Shown here: positions 51,638-64,000 of the stretch, piece by piece
Position numbering within the stretch: the first letter of the stretch is position 1
How the letters are laid out: each line of letters starts with the position of its first letter
Origin: Octopus sinensis
Taxonomy: Eukaryota
Direction: 5' to 3'
NCBI RefSeq assembly: GCF_006345805.1
Contig: NC_043002.1
Location: 97,154,001 to 97,218,000, forward strand
DNA: 64,000 nucleotides
Program-made: the position numbers and the translations under genes
Notes under the pieces: model-generated
Databases searched by the model: none
What the model was told of the DNA's origin: nothing
The model's input: the letters and a program-made list of their open reading frames with translations, nothing else

Positions 51638-53480
51638 TCATTTAATAAGTTCGTTTGTGGATCCACGTTTACATCCTTTCTGTTCATTAGGGAATATGCT
51701 GCTGTCTATTAAAAAACTATAGGTATATTCCGTCAGGACAGATGTTAGCGTTTTATACATAGTTGTTAAGCAGGTTATGGGTCTATGGTTTTTTGGTTCA
51801 TTTGTTTCTTCACTTTTTGGGAGCAGGAATATTAAACCATTAACTAGCCAAGTAGGCATCCTACTAGGGGGTTGCAAAACATCATTGTAAAGTTCTGTTA
51901 GCAGTTCATGGCTCTCTGGGAATGCATTCAACCAGAAGTTAGGAATTTTATCCTTTCCCGGAGATTTCCATTTGCTTGACCTCCTGAGAGCAAATCTTAC
52001 ATCTTCTACCTTGACACCCTCCCACTTTTGCTCCTCTAAGGAGTACAAGTCCGTAACTATTCTTTCAATCCAAGGGTCCTTTTCGTTGTGTGTTTTTTCT
52101 GCCCAAATTCTATTCCATAAACCCTGCACTTCTTTTGATGGTACAGACTTTACAGTAACTGGTGTTTTCCCTATCTTCCTATAAAAATTTTGGTGGTTAT
52201 TTTTGAACATATTGTTGTCCTTGAGGAATCTAACACGCTTTTCATACCTCGCTCTGCGGGCAGCTTTAGCAGATACCTTTTGCTTGATGGTTTCAATGGT
52301 GACATCAATATCAAGTATAGTTTTCATATTATATTTTTTCTTTAATTTTTGGGTTTTTGTAGGTTTGGTAGTCTTGTCAACCTTAAGGTTTTTCAAACAT
52401 TCAATGTCAGAACTAAGTAGTTTAATTTGATGTTGGATACGCTCTTGCCAAGAAGGCTTTTTGTGGGAATGCTGCCGTTTTCTAATCTTTTCACCACATA
52501 GAATCGTTGAGATTTTCGCGGATGCATAGTACAAGTGGTTGAGATCTGTGATAGTAACATCATTAGCTGAAATTATGTCCTTATGTTTTGGTTAGAGTTG
52601 CGGATTCTCGGGAGTGTATCGCGTTCATCCATATTGGTTTTTGTAAGTTTCAGTCATTCAATCATGATTTGATTCTTTGGTTCACGTAGTTCAGTTGGGT
52701 CAATATTTGTGTGACTTTCTTCTATTTGATGTTCATTTGTCTTAGTGTTTATGATTGGTTCAGTGAGTATTTCACTTTGCCTATCAGTTATACTAGCTCT
52801 TTCAATCCTTACTGCGTTTTTATCAGCCCAGGGCTGGTCTATAATTATTTCCTCTGTATTACCTTCTTTAACTGCGGCTTCGTTGTTTTTATCCGTTACT
52901 GCTTCTTTCACTTGATCAATCTTTACTTCAGTCAATAATTTTTTTTTATAATGTTTCTTCTGACGTTGACAAGTTTGTTACTGTCTATGTAGGGTCTTAC
53001 TTCGGGCTGTTTCTGTCTCCAGTTTATGTAGGCTTGTATAGTGTTAGATTTATCTGTGGTAGAAGGCCGTAAGAACTTCCTTATTATCTTCCCTAGACCA
53101 TTTTTCATTCTTTTTCTTTTGGTTATTTGATGACGGGCATGGATGGCCATCTGTTGGAATATTCCAGTTGTGGGTTACATCCAGCTCCTGTGCGTCGTGA
53201 AGATTTGAACCAGTGGCTGATTTTTCAATCAGAATTTGGTTCAATGTTCGGGTTTGTGGTCTTTGGTAAACCGATCGATGGCCATTGCGGTTTGTAATTT
53301 GTTTTGTTGAATGACATTAGGAGTCGGATCTGTCAGTTTAGGGTTAAGTTTTTGCGACGACACCGCATCTGAATGTAAACATCGCTCGTAGCGTAATTTC
53401 TTAAGGCAAGCAGATCTGTATTCGTCTGTATTTTTTTTTTTGTTGATAGATTTACCTCTGGACATAGTTTTTTTTTTATG
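51638..53480 (-). mobile_element. R4/Dong LINE, N-terminal to start of RT, 3'-truncated
   Basis: KWSREDNKEVL..; LYYASA; PSWQERIQ..I; KWKSPGKDKIPNFWL; PKNHRPITCLTTMYK; EQKGCKRGS. Confidence 0.9.
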
Positions 53481-54018
53481 CGGTGTTTTTTAAATTTATG
53501 AAGGGTTCACTATGTCTGTGGTAGTTCGAAAATATGAGAATAAAATAAGAAGAAAAACAAAGAAAGTTTTGATTTTGTTTTTGCTTGGTTTGTGACACGT
53601 ATTTTCATGTGCGTGAGCGTGTGTCCTGTAAATTTCATTTAGTGTGTTCAACTTTGGGATGTATGTGTAGTCCTATGGGTACCAAAGTGCGTATATGATT
53701 GTGTAGACATTCGAGTGTATGCGTAATTACTCAATTTATGTACTCACTATTTTTTTAAAATTTTGGTCCGTTTCTATTTTATTCTATGTAAACTTTCCGG
53801 TGTTGATATCGCGTGTGTGTTTCGCGCATGTTTCAGTGAGACACCGTGCGTAGGAGAAGCTGTACTTTGTATGGCAGTAAAATTTCGTTTTTTTTTGCTT
53901 AGTATCTTCGTTACAAGGTCGCTTCCTTCAAGTTTTCCTCAGGTTCCTTCATCCAATTCCATCGATGTTATTGGATTAGATTTGTTTTTGAATGGAGAGC
54001 CTGGTTTAGTACATCCAT

Positions 54019-54096
54019 GTTGTTATTCAGTGCGGGCTTCTTCCTGTTGTTAGTCAGTGCGGGCTTCTTCTGTTGTTATTCAGTGCGGGCTTCTTC
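54019..54096. repeat. Three tandem copies of ~26 bp TGTTGTTATTCAGTGCGGGCTTCTTC
   Basis: Direct reading; between two R4 segments. Confidence 0.9.
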
Positions 54097-54136
54097 TTCT
54101 TCTTCTTCTTCTTCTTCTTCTATCTTCTTCTTCTTA

Positions 54137-54179
<43 letters not shown>

Positions 54180-54186
<7 letters not shown>

Positions 54187-54935
54187 TATGTTTGACTTTT
54201 GCTTTATGTCTGTACAAGCTGGCTCCAAGTCTCACCCAGAGACCTCAAGAGACAACAGGTTGGAAGTTCACGTTGTTGTTATGCCTAGTGTGCCATATAT
54301 TTGGGGTTTTTTTGTGTTGTACTAGTGAATGTCTAATCCATAAAAAAAAACTTTTGTTTTAAACCTTGGGATTACATAGAGAGTATTTTGCGTAAGATAT
54401 GAGCAGTTCCCATGAACACTATCTTTTGAATTTCTGCCATTTTGGGGTTTCCTGGTATCTGAGTTAGGTAGCAATCAGTCCCTTTCGCTATCATTCTCAG
54501 GGCACCTATGACAACAGGTATTGTTTTGCTGATTTCTATTTCAAGATCTTTATATTTGCTCAGTTTTTGGTAGGTCTTGACAGATACGTTTATATCAATT
54601 GGGACAGTCATATCAATGAGGAGGCATGTTCGTTGTCTGAAGTCTTTCACTATGATCTCTGGCCTATTTGCATCTATCTTTCTGTCAGTTTGAATGGTGA
54701 AGTTCCAGAGGAGTGAGATGTGGTCATTTTCAAGCACTGGAGGTGGATTGTGTTCCCACCAGTTTTTTTTCATGGGGCAAATCCAGGTTTTTGCAAATTA
54801 CCCAGTGAATATATTGTGCAGCTCTATCATGCCTGTTGAGGTACTCTGTAGGCGCTAGAAGACTGCATTTGGAGACAGCAAGATCAATGGTTTCATTTTG
54901 TTGTCGGCATACACGACATGTTGGGTTACTGCCGT
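54180..54935 (-). mobile_element. R4/Dong LINE 3' fragment (zinc knuckle + restriction-like endonuclease + 3' UTR) in (TAA)n
   Basis: CRVCRQQNETID; RHDRAAQYIHW; LWNFTIQTDRKIDANRPEI; KLSKYKDLEIEI; GTAHILRKILSM. Confidence 0.95.
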
Positions 54936-54937
54936 TC

Positions 54938-54994
<57 letters not shown>

Positions 54995-55018
54995 GTTATT
55001 ATTATTATCATTATCTAG

Positions 55019-55058
55019 ATCCTTCTGCAGAGCAGCTGAGTATGTTGATTCTACATAG
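55019..55058 (+). CDS. Candidate micro-exon (DPSAEQLSMLILHR)
   Basis: attatctag|AT...AG|gtatgt; phase 1-2. Confidence 0.4.
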
Positions 55059-55298
55059 GTATGTGTATATGACAATATATTCAGGAATAAAAGAATTCCA
55101 GATATTTTTTCAAATAAATCATATTTGACTGGGGAAAAAAATGTTTAAAATTCTTCTTCTGCACATTTCTTTTACGTTGCTACATAAGTTGCCAGTGTCG
55201 ACATCGGTTCCATTGACAACTTAAGTCACAAAGTGGCATGAAGATATATTCATTGATCCATATTGTAAAGCTCTCATGTTTGCATTTTATCTTTGAAG

Positions 55299-55339
55299 AA
55301 GTTGGTTTCTTGCAGAAGTCGTATTGTTGAAGGAGTTGC
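55299..55339 (+). CDS. Candidate micro-exon (SWFLAEVVLLKEL)
   Basis: ttgcattttatctttgaag|A...C|gtaaac; phase 2-1, bridges its neighbours. Confidence 0.35.
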
Positions 55340-56048
55340 GTAAACTACGTTGAGAAATATTAATGGCGTTCTCTTTCCTAGAAACTTTATTATTCATCTG
55401 CCATAATTCTCTGCAAAACTTCAAAAGAATTTGTGTTAGTTATAGTCGCATAACACCAGGTCAGCTCCGATTGAGCAGGCCTATGATCAAAGGCATTCCA
55501 ACCATGAGTGTACACACACACACACACACATACTCATACACACATACACACACATACATACACACATATACATATATGTATATATATATATACATATATA
55601 TATATTATATATAAACACACATATATATATATGTATATATGTATATATATATAGGTATATATATGTATATATATATATGTGTGTGTATACATATATACAT
55701 GCATGCAAATACATACATATGTATATATGAATATACATATATATATACGTGTGTGTGTACACGTATATATATATATATATATATATACAGAGAAAGGGGA
55801 TACACACAAATATATATATATATATATAATATATATATATATGAGATGGTCAGCAGTTATTCTGTGCCGAGAAAGTGAAAAGATATTTTTCTGTGATGAG
55901 TTGGGGTACTAAGCTCTCCTGTTTGAAAATATAAGGACACAGATGTATGTCGCATAGCCAGCAGGAGACGTTGTTTCCTGGGGCTAAACAACAGTAACAT
56001 TTACCCCAGCCGAGACTGCCCATAATGTTGGCAAATAATTTTTTACTT

Positions 56049-56112
<64 letters not shown>

Positions 56113-56749
56113 ATATATACACATATATATATATGCATATATGGGTACAGACCATCATCAACTGTAAACAATATGAAGTACGTAAACAAGCGAGTCAAAT
56201 ACGCAAACAACGAGAGGAAAAATTGAAAGCAGGACAAGTAACACAAAGAATGACCCTTCATCAGTTCTCGGCTGTCTATCTACTCCTTATTTCGAGCATT
56301 CAACGATAATATGTTTCTTCGAGACTGTTACTCCCATAACTTCCAAAAGAAATTTTGGATTTTACGGAGAGTCAAAGTTGGGGACAAAAACAGGACAGTA
56401 GAGACATACAAGGAAACCGAACGAAAACAAAGATGGAGGGTCGTTAGACTAGAACGAGTGGGAAAATAGTGAACGCTGGAAGAAATATTTGCTTTGAAAA
56501 TAGAAAAGATAGAAGAGAGAGACAGAAAAGAGTGATAGAAGTCGTCCAGTCCCTAGAACGTCGTGTTGGAAAAGAAAGATGGTTGTGTGAGGAAAAGAAA
56601 TGTAGACGATGGTCACGTGTGAGCAACGAGAGAGAAAAGGAGAAAGAGGGGAAGGGAGAGACAGATAGAAATCAGTAAAGGAGAGAAAAAGGGAATACAT
56701 ATACGACATATATTTAAATATATATGTATGTATATGTGTTTATATAACT

Positions 56750-57660
56750 GTATTTCTAGGGTGATGACTCTCCTATTCCATACTGCCTTATGGAAACTAC
56801 CGAAAGCAACGCTCGGTTTAGCGAACTTGACTTTTATCTCGTCATCAATGACAACATTTCTGGTGAATTTGCTTCCATGATGTGTAAACTTATCCACTGC
56901 ATTCACCCATTGCACATTCATGGTGACGGTGGGGCTAGCGTAAATTTTTCCACAGATTGACTGATGCTTGCTTCCTCCCTCTTTGTACTGATCGTCAGAC
57001 CAAATTTGTTGCAACCCCCAAAGAACATTACCGTTTCGCGGATAGCATTGAGGGCACTATCAGCAAACTGGAAATCATTAAAGATGCTTTGTAAAAACCT
57101 TCATTTTGCTAGCCATCAATATTGTATTTGGTACTGATGACTACGTATTTGTCTTTGAAAGCATGCATCAGCAAGGCTGAAAACACGAGATTGAACAGAT
57201 TGACAGTGAGGACGAACGTAACACTGCTTCATCCCATTTGATTCCTGAAATGGCTAAAATATTTCGTTGCCGCATTGGACTCTGAACAACATACCATCAT
57301 GTAGCTGCTGTAAAATGTCAATGAATTTCCTGATACAGCAGTACATCGCAGTAATGCTCCGAATTTCATAGCAGTCAACAGCGTCAAATACCTTGAGATA
57401 TAGGCCAATGTGTATCGGGCTATAATTCTCATCTCTCTACACTAAAGCATGGATTGCTTACCAACGTTATGCCACTTACCCACCACCTACCCCAGAAAAC
57501 ATCTTGACATAAAGTGGCAAAAGGAAAATCTCTGCCATCAAGGTACCAGCACGGGCTCCTCTGCCTAACATCTACACAATGCCGAAGCAGTCACAGTATT
57601 TTCAGATACATAGCAAAGCTGGTTTTACAGAAATTAATAGGAATTTGAAAGGCTTTCGGC
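56750..57660. mobile_element. Old RTE LINE with 5' inversion
   Basis: 56750-57430 (-): LKVFDAV..QQLHDGM..NGMKQ..VDKFT..DDEI..AKPSVAFG..VWNRR; 57431-57660 (+): W-IAYQRYA..IKWQ..LPNIYTM.KQSQ. Confidence 0.8.
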
Positions 57661-57705
57661 CATGAAGTTGAGTTTGAATCGGTTATTTCTTCTCTTTCTT
57701 TTCAG

Positions 57706-57848
57706 TATTACAGGAAACACTTCCGAATAAAGACAGAAAGAGCCGTCAATGTACGAGTTATCGTGACACTGATTTCTCTCTTTTTCTTACTATTTCAAGG
57801 CTAAAACTGCCGGAGCTTACAAAAAGGAAGACTTTGGCGGACTATTTG
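57706..57848 (+). CDS. Candidate exon (LQETLPNKDRKSRQCTSYRDTDFSLFLTISRLKLPELTKRKTLADYL)
   Basis: ttatttcttctctttcttttcag| and TTG|gtaatc; 143 bp open, phase 1-0. Confidence 0.55.
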
Positions 57849-58153
57849 GTAATCACAGATTATCCGTTAATACCTCTGCGAGTGCAATAGCTTTTATGTA
57901 TTTTAATCTGTTCAGTCTGTATCATCGGGAAAGTTGCATTAATGAGATTTTTAACAACATTAGTACACATGTACTGTTAATAAGATAGAATATAGAAACT
58001 TCAGTGAAATTTGACAACTAATTTTTGTAGACAAAACGACTCCGAGCGGCTTCTTTCAAAAGGTCTGTAGTTACTAGTCTTTATTAATTGCTGTTATCTC
58101 TTCTTTCGGCAGTAAGACTGTATTAATACTTCACTTATAGTATTTATTTCCAG

Positions 58154-58186
58154 GTAAATATTTCACCTGCTTCCGAGAACGGATTA
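58154..58186 (+). CDS. Candidate micro-exon (VNISPASENGL)
   Basis: tatttatttccag|...TTA|gtatgt; 33 bp, phase 0-0. Confidence 0.45.
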
Positions 58187-58262
58187 GTATGTTTCTGTTC
58201 AGTTGAATTACAAACGCATACATACATACATACATACATATATCCGTGTGGGTATGTGCATG

Positions 58263-58422
<160 letters not shown>

Positions 58423-58478
58423 CAGATAGATAGACAGGAGGACAGGTAGATAGCTTCGTTACATAAATTACATATATA

Positions 58479-60100
58479 CAGTGGCGGCCAAAATGTTCAG
58501 AACGGCATTGTTTTCGTCACAAAAGTAGGTACAATTTTTTATCAAATTTGTTTTATATTCTATAATTTTCACAGACAATAAATACGATATTATTTGTTAT
58601 TGCCTGATATTTTGGTGTAATTTGAGAGGATAATAGAAAAGTTATGGATGATTTAGTGATTTACTGCAAAACCCATGGCGGCCAAAATGATCAGAACGGT
58701 TGCTTTTACTGCGTGTTTTAGTATATTTAACCGGCGAACTCTAATGTTTTGAATTTGTTTACGTGACGGTTCGTTTACTAAACATTAGTAAGAATATTTG
58801 CAGTGTACTTTGTTAATATAATGCCACTTACTCCGTTACCAATTCGTCAGCAGATTATTAAGCTTCGAAGGAAGGATAATTTAAGTATTGGATCTATTGC
58901 AAAGATTGTTAACAAGTCAAAAAGTGTTGTACACGGTATTCTTGAGGTCTACGATGATTGTGGTTCGTGTGAAGCAAGAAAGTTTACAGGTAGGCCAAGA
59001 AAAACGACCAAGAGAGAAGATCGTGCTATGGTAAAGTTGGTTAAAAAAACAGATTTAAAACTGCTGCTGCTGCTGTTTCTCGGAAAATGAGCATTGTATT
59101 GAAGAAAACTTTATCTCGAAAAACTGTCTCGTCGTTTAGTTGAACATGACCTACAAGCAAGAGCACCTGCAGTGAAGCCACTGATCAACTCCAAGAATAA
59201 AAAGTGTCGTCTTACCTTTGCAACCGAACATGTGTTGTGGTCTCAAGAAAAATGGCAAACGGTGCATTTCAGTGATGAATCTAAGTTTATGTTATTTGGC
59301 TCAGATGGGAAAAGGTACGTTCGTAGAAAAGTAGGTGAAAAATTGTCGCCTGAATGCCTTAAGACTAGTGTTAAATTCGGTGGAGGAAGTGTCATGGTTT
59401 GGGGGATGATATCTGGAGATGGTGTGGGCCCTTTGGTGCGATTACATGGAAAGGTAAATGCAGGAGTTTATAAACAACTTGTAAAAGATCATGTCTTGCC
59501 TGTGCTGAGAAATTCAACTAAGCGACCACCCATATTCATGCAGGATAATACCCCATGTCACAAGGCTAAGGTGGTCATGAACTTCCTCAAGGCTGAAAAG
59601 GTTATTGTTATGGATCGGCCTGCTCAAAGCTCAGATCTCAATCCTATTGAAATTGTATGTAATATTCTAGGAGAACGTTCGAAAGCCAGAAATCCTAAAA
59701 CAACTGAGCAATTATGGAATGCCCTTCAGGAAGAATGGTATAAGATCACCCAGCAAGAAATTGAAAATTTAATTTCCTCATGCAGTCGAAGATGTCAGAG
59801 TGTGATTGAAGCTAAACGGCTTCACACTAAATATTAAATAATTCCAGTATTCTGTGTCATTTTTGATTATTTTTTCAACCGTTCTGATCATTTTAGCAGC
59901 CATGGACTTTGCAGTAAATCACTAAATTATCCATAACTTTTGTATTATCCTCTCAAATTACACCAATATCTCAGACAATAACAATTAATATTGTATTTAT
60001 TGTCTGTGAAAATTATAGAATATAAAACTACTTTGATAAAAACTTATACTTACTTTTTCGGACGAAAACAATGCCGTTCTGAACATTTTGGCCGCAACTG
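58479..60100 (+). mobile_element. Full-length Tc1 transposon, IR/DR type, TA target duplication
   Basis: TA|CAGTGGCGGCCAAAATG...CATTTTGGCCGCAACTG|TA; ~220 bp TIRs with outer and inner direct repeats; 1622 bp. Confidence 0.97.
58821..59837 (+). pseudogene. Tc1 transposase, DD34E, two frameshifts near 59050-59130
   Basis: GRPRKT linker; FSDESKF, QDN-x34-E (DLNPIE); KFGGGSVMVWG. Confidence 0.93.
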
Positions 60101-61413
60101 TACATGTATTGATGTAGTTTGCATATTTTGCATATATGTGTGTATGTCTATATATGTGCTATGTTGCGTGTGTGCATGAATACATACTTAAATGGGTAAA
60201 TACAAGCATATATATATATATATATATACATACAGGGAGAAGAGGAGAGGGAGACGGAACAAAATGCTCATGTATATGTATTTTTTATTCTATACTTTTG
60301 TAGTGTAAGAATTTATTATTCTTAGATAAAAAATATTATTGAAAACATATATATATATATATATATCATCCAGTGTTTTAAATCCGAGTTTGTCCCCCGT
60401 TAACGGGGTTGGCCGGATCTGCTTCTATGCCTTAGCAACCGAGGTAGGCAGGTGCAGCGCACCCCAGCCTTTGAGCTGGCTGGTGCTCAGTACCCTTTGC
60501 TATCATGAAGCTCTTTTACAGCTGGATGATTTTCTACAGGGAGTATGCCTTTGCTTACCCCTAACCTCAGTTTTTACACATTTTTACACCACATTTTTTA
60601 AGAAATGTAGTGGAAAACTAGCTCAGGAAGGCAGGGACGCTACTCCCTGAGTCCCCTTTGGGATCCCTTAATTTATATATGAGTAACAAAAATGTACAAG
60701 TGTCAATTCAATTCCCACAATTGCAAGCGGCTTTAAATGATTAATGAAAACATTACAGAAATTCGAAAGAAGTCGTTCTCGTCACATGACCGCATAAACT
60801 TCAAACAAACTTCAAACAAATGTCTTATCTGTTTCTGTTTCAGTATACATTCGGTAGCTTTTCTCCAGTAGCTTAATAACAGCACTGGCGCCTCCAAGAT
60901 TGAGTGGTTTCAATGATCATGGCGCGAAACCACTATGATATTTTCGCTCGTTGACTAGAGAGGAAAACTCAGCTGCGAATATACCGTGTATCGTGTTTTC
61001 TTCTAATTTGCCGTCTGCTTTGCCTTCGTCTAACCTTTTTCTCCTTGTGTTCTGTCTGTTCAATCCTTGACACACCAACACGTAGCGCAAAGCACACGTT
61101 GTTTGTTTAGTTTATTATAAAAATTATTCCTTGAATATTTATCGTGCGTCTCACTCTTACGCTATCTATTTCCACCTCTATTCTTACTGTATCTCTTTCT
61201 CCACTTTTACTCTCTCTCTCTCTCTTTCTCTTTCCGCCTTTGCTTCCCACCCTGGTACATTTCTCTCAGTTCCCTCTCTTTCTGGCCAGATAACTGAAGA
61301 GATGGTGGTGTGGGTTTCCACCTCGGCATCTGAAGTTCAAGTTTTATCTTGGCTAGCGAATAATTGTCACATATTATATTTACATATATATGCATGTATA
61401 CATATATATATAT

Positions 61414-61445
<32 letters not shown>

Positions 61446-61998
61446 TATATATATATATATATATAATATATATATGTGTATATATATATACATATATATA
61501 TACATATATATACATATATATATATATATATCTATATATATATATGCATATATATATATACATACACATATACACACACATATGTATATGTGTGTGTGTG
61601 TATGTGTCCGCGTGTGTGAAATGTTTATCCTCCCCGGACCCTAATTCTCTTTTACCATCTGGTGATGCAGCGCAGTCGAGAAACTTCTTTACCAAACAAC
61701 TATAACTCTCTGCGCATGTGATCAGACATTAAAATATCTGAAATATCGGGAATCAGATCTTGTTAGCTACATTAAACATTAGAAGGTAATGTTTTAGGAT
61801 TTTCTTCCGTATTGATTTCCTGTCATATGCAATGATCCAGCCAGGTCCACATCTATCTAGTTTTGTGATATCTCTCCTCGAGGAAGTGAATCAACAAGCT
61901 TGTAATATAACACTCGTCGTCTATTCTACGTGCACCACCTTATAATCTATACGCATATATGCAGACACTGAGACGCATATACGCAGGTGCGTCAACGA

Positions 61999-62046
<48 letters not shown>

Positions 62047-63062
62047 TATGCGTATATATTTATGTATGTATGCATGTATTTATGTGAATATATAAAAACA
62101 TACCTATATATATATATGTATATATATGAATTTATATATGTGTGTGTGCGCGCGTACGTGTGTGTACATAAGTAGATATACATATATCATATACTGAGAT
62201 CTATATAATCGATATGATTACATATTTACACTCCCCAGTCTCTCACACTCACAATCAATTTATGTTTGCATACACACACACGTAAACATCACACACGCAC
62301 ATATATATATATATAACTATATATATATATATATATATGTATGTATATATATATATATAGATACACATATACATCTGATTGTGTCTACCTGCATTTGTGT
62401 GTGTGCGCGCGCATTTGTCTGTGCGTGTGTGTGTGTTTGTGCGTGTGTGCATTTGTGAGTGTGTGTGTGTGTTTGTGCGTGCGTACGAGCGTGCGTGTGT
62501 CTATCTATCAACCTATTTATTAATTTACCTGCTCTAAATATCACTTTCGCCTTTGCAAACACGTGTGCGCGCGATATTTTCGATATTGAACACTTCCATA
62601 TAACGATCGCCCGCTCTGTTCGACTTTAAGTCTACGGTAAGAGAAAAAGGTTATATATATACATTGTGCTGTACAGGAAGTCAGCGTGTATGCATTTATA
62701 GAACATTTATGGTGCAGCAAACATTTGTTGGTGTTAAATGAACACGATTAATCGTACTGAAGATTTAAAATAACAGTCGGGAAATAGCATATAAATTCGC
62801 TAAATATATAGATTTACATATGGTGCTATTCGGTTAAAGCTTGTGTCAAAGTGAGGTGAGATCCACCGGAGATTCTGTATACATATATTTGTAAGGGCAG
62901 GCAGAGACGCGCAGAGATGCACACCTATAAACGGAGAGGCACCAGCACAAAGAGGAAATACATATCAGAAATATTTCGGCGCGTGAACACACACACCCTA
63001 CTTATATATGTGCGAGTGTATGTATATATCTGTATGCGTGCGTGTGTGTATGTGTGTTGTTT

Positions 63063-63160
63063 GGGTGTGTGTTGTGTGGGTGTGTGTTGTGTGGGTATGC
63101 GTTGTGTGGGTGTGTGTTGTGTGGGTGTGTGTTGTGTGGGTGTGTGTTGTGTGGGTGTGT
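63063..63160. repeat. 15 bp tandem repeat (GGGTGTGTGTTGTGT) x about 6.5
   Basis: Direct reading. Confidence 0.9.
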
Positions 63161-63321
63161 GCACGTGTGTGTGTGTACGTATATGTGTTCATGTATAAAT
63201 ATATAAGAATATATATACATGTATGTATAAATATATACATATATATATGTATACATATGTATATTTATATATGTACAAATGTATATTTATATATACGCAT
63301 AAGTATATATGTGTATATACA

Positions 63322-63364
<43 letters not shown>

Positions 63365-64000
63365 TTATGTATGTAACTACGGGTGTATATGTGTGTACGG
63401 TAGGCAGGTAGATAGGTAGGTAGGTGGATGGATGGGTAGACAGACAGACAGATAGATACGTAATATGAACAACAGATGGATACGTAATCAGAGATATATA
63501 TGTATGTATGCATGTTGTGTTTATGTATGCATGCTGTATATATGTATGTATGTAGGTAGGTAGGTAGGTAGGTAGGTATATGCGTTGTTTTCCCCAACTG
63601 GACATTTGTTTCGCTTCAAATCACCAAAACTGGTCGGAGCACTATTGCATGCTGACTAATCACGGCAACATATATATATTGCCTATTGTTGCCTGTCCGT
63701 CTTATCTTGATCGGGCAATGACCACATTCATCTCGGTCAGTAAGTTTCACCTGTATCCCCCATACAACCAGAACCCAATACATCAATATCTCTACCATCT
63801 CCCTAAGTACTCTGCACCGTAACAGGCAAAGAACTTTATGAATAATTTGATTGGGTTACCTTCCGGTATTCGGTTACAATCATTGTTTCTGGTCTCCTTC
63901 GTTATTTATGTTTCTATCATCCTTAAAAATCTTTCTGTTAATCTATGAATCCGGCGACTTTCAGCCTGTGCTGATAATTTATCGTTAATCATTGTCCTAT

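Noticed and set aside
60360-60660. Possible LINE 3' end with CCCCGTTAACGGGG hairpin
   Set aside because: No recognisable protein motif; insufficient evidence to assign
63580-63822. 80 aa ORF with an internal gtaagt donor
   Set aside because: No credible acceptor and no recognisable homology

Overview
Eukaryotic, AT-rich, microsatellite-saturated genomic DNA; no prokaryotic operons, rRNA or CRISPR. The SINE heads, repeat spectrum and LINE types point to a coleoid cephalopod, probably Octopus (inference, not database-checked). Most of the ORF track is translated microsatellite. Supported content: (1) three tRNA-derived SINE families, labelled here A, B and C, about 20 copies; (2) LINEs: three RTE fragments (one with a 5' inversion), a ~3.7 kb CR1-group element, R4/Dong fragments in (TAA)n, an L1/Tx1-like endonuclease fragment and a Penelope-like element (PLE); (3) DNA transposons: a full-length IR/DR-type Tc1 (DD34E), a mariner remnant and a ~680 bp MITE; (4) several short ORF-less elements with direct/inverted repeats carrying minimal type-I hammerhead ribozyme motifs, two nearly intact, and one ~360 bp tandem unit whose inversion breakpoint falls at the predicted self-cleavage site (retrozyme-like); (5) candidate small exons of an unidentified + strand host gene, best supported at 55.0-58.2 kb. 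The hammerhead mini-element set, apparent SINE-into-SINE homing and a structurally co-varying SINE/LINE 3' stem-loop are the most notable signals. All alignments and folds were done by eye. Frameshifts in homopolymers and a noisy 20.6-22.8 kb segment suggest imperfect sequence polishing.
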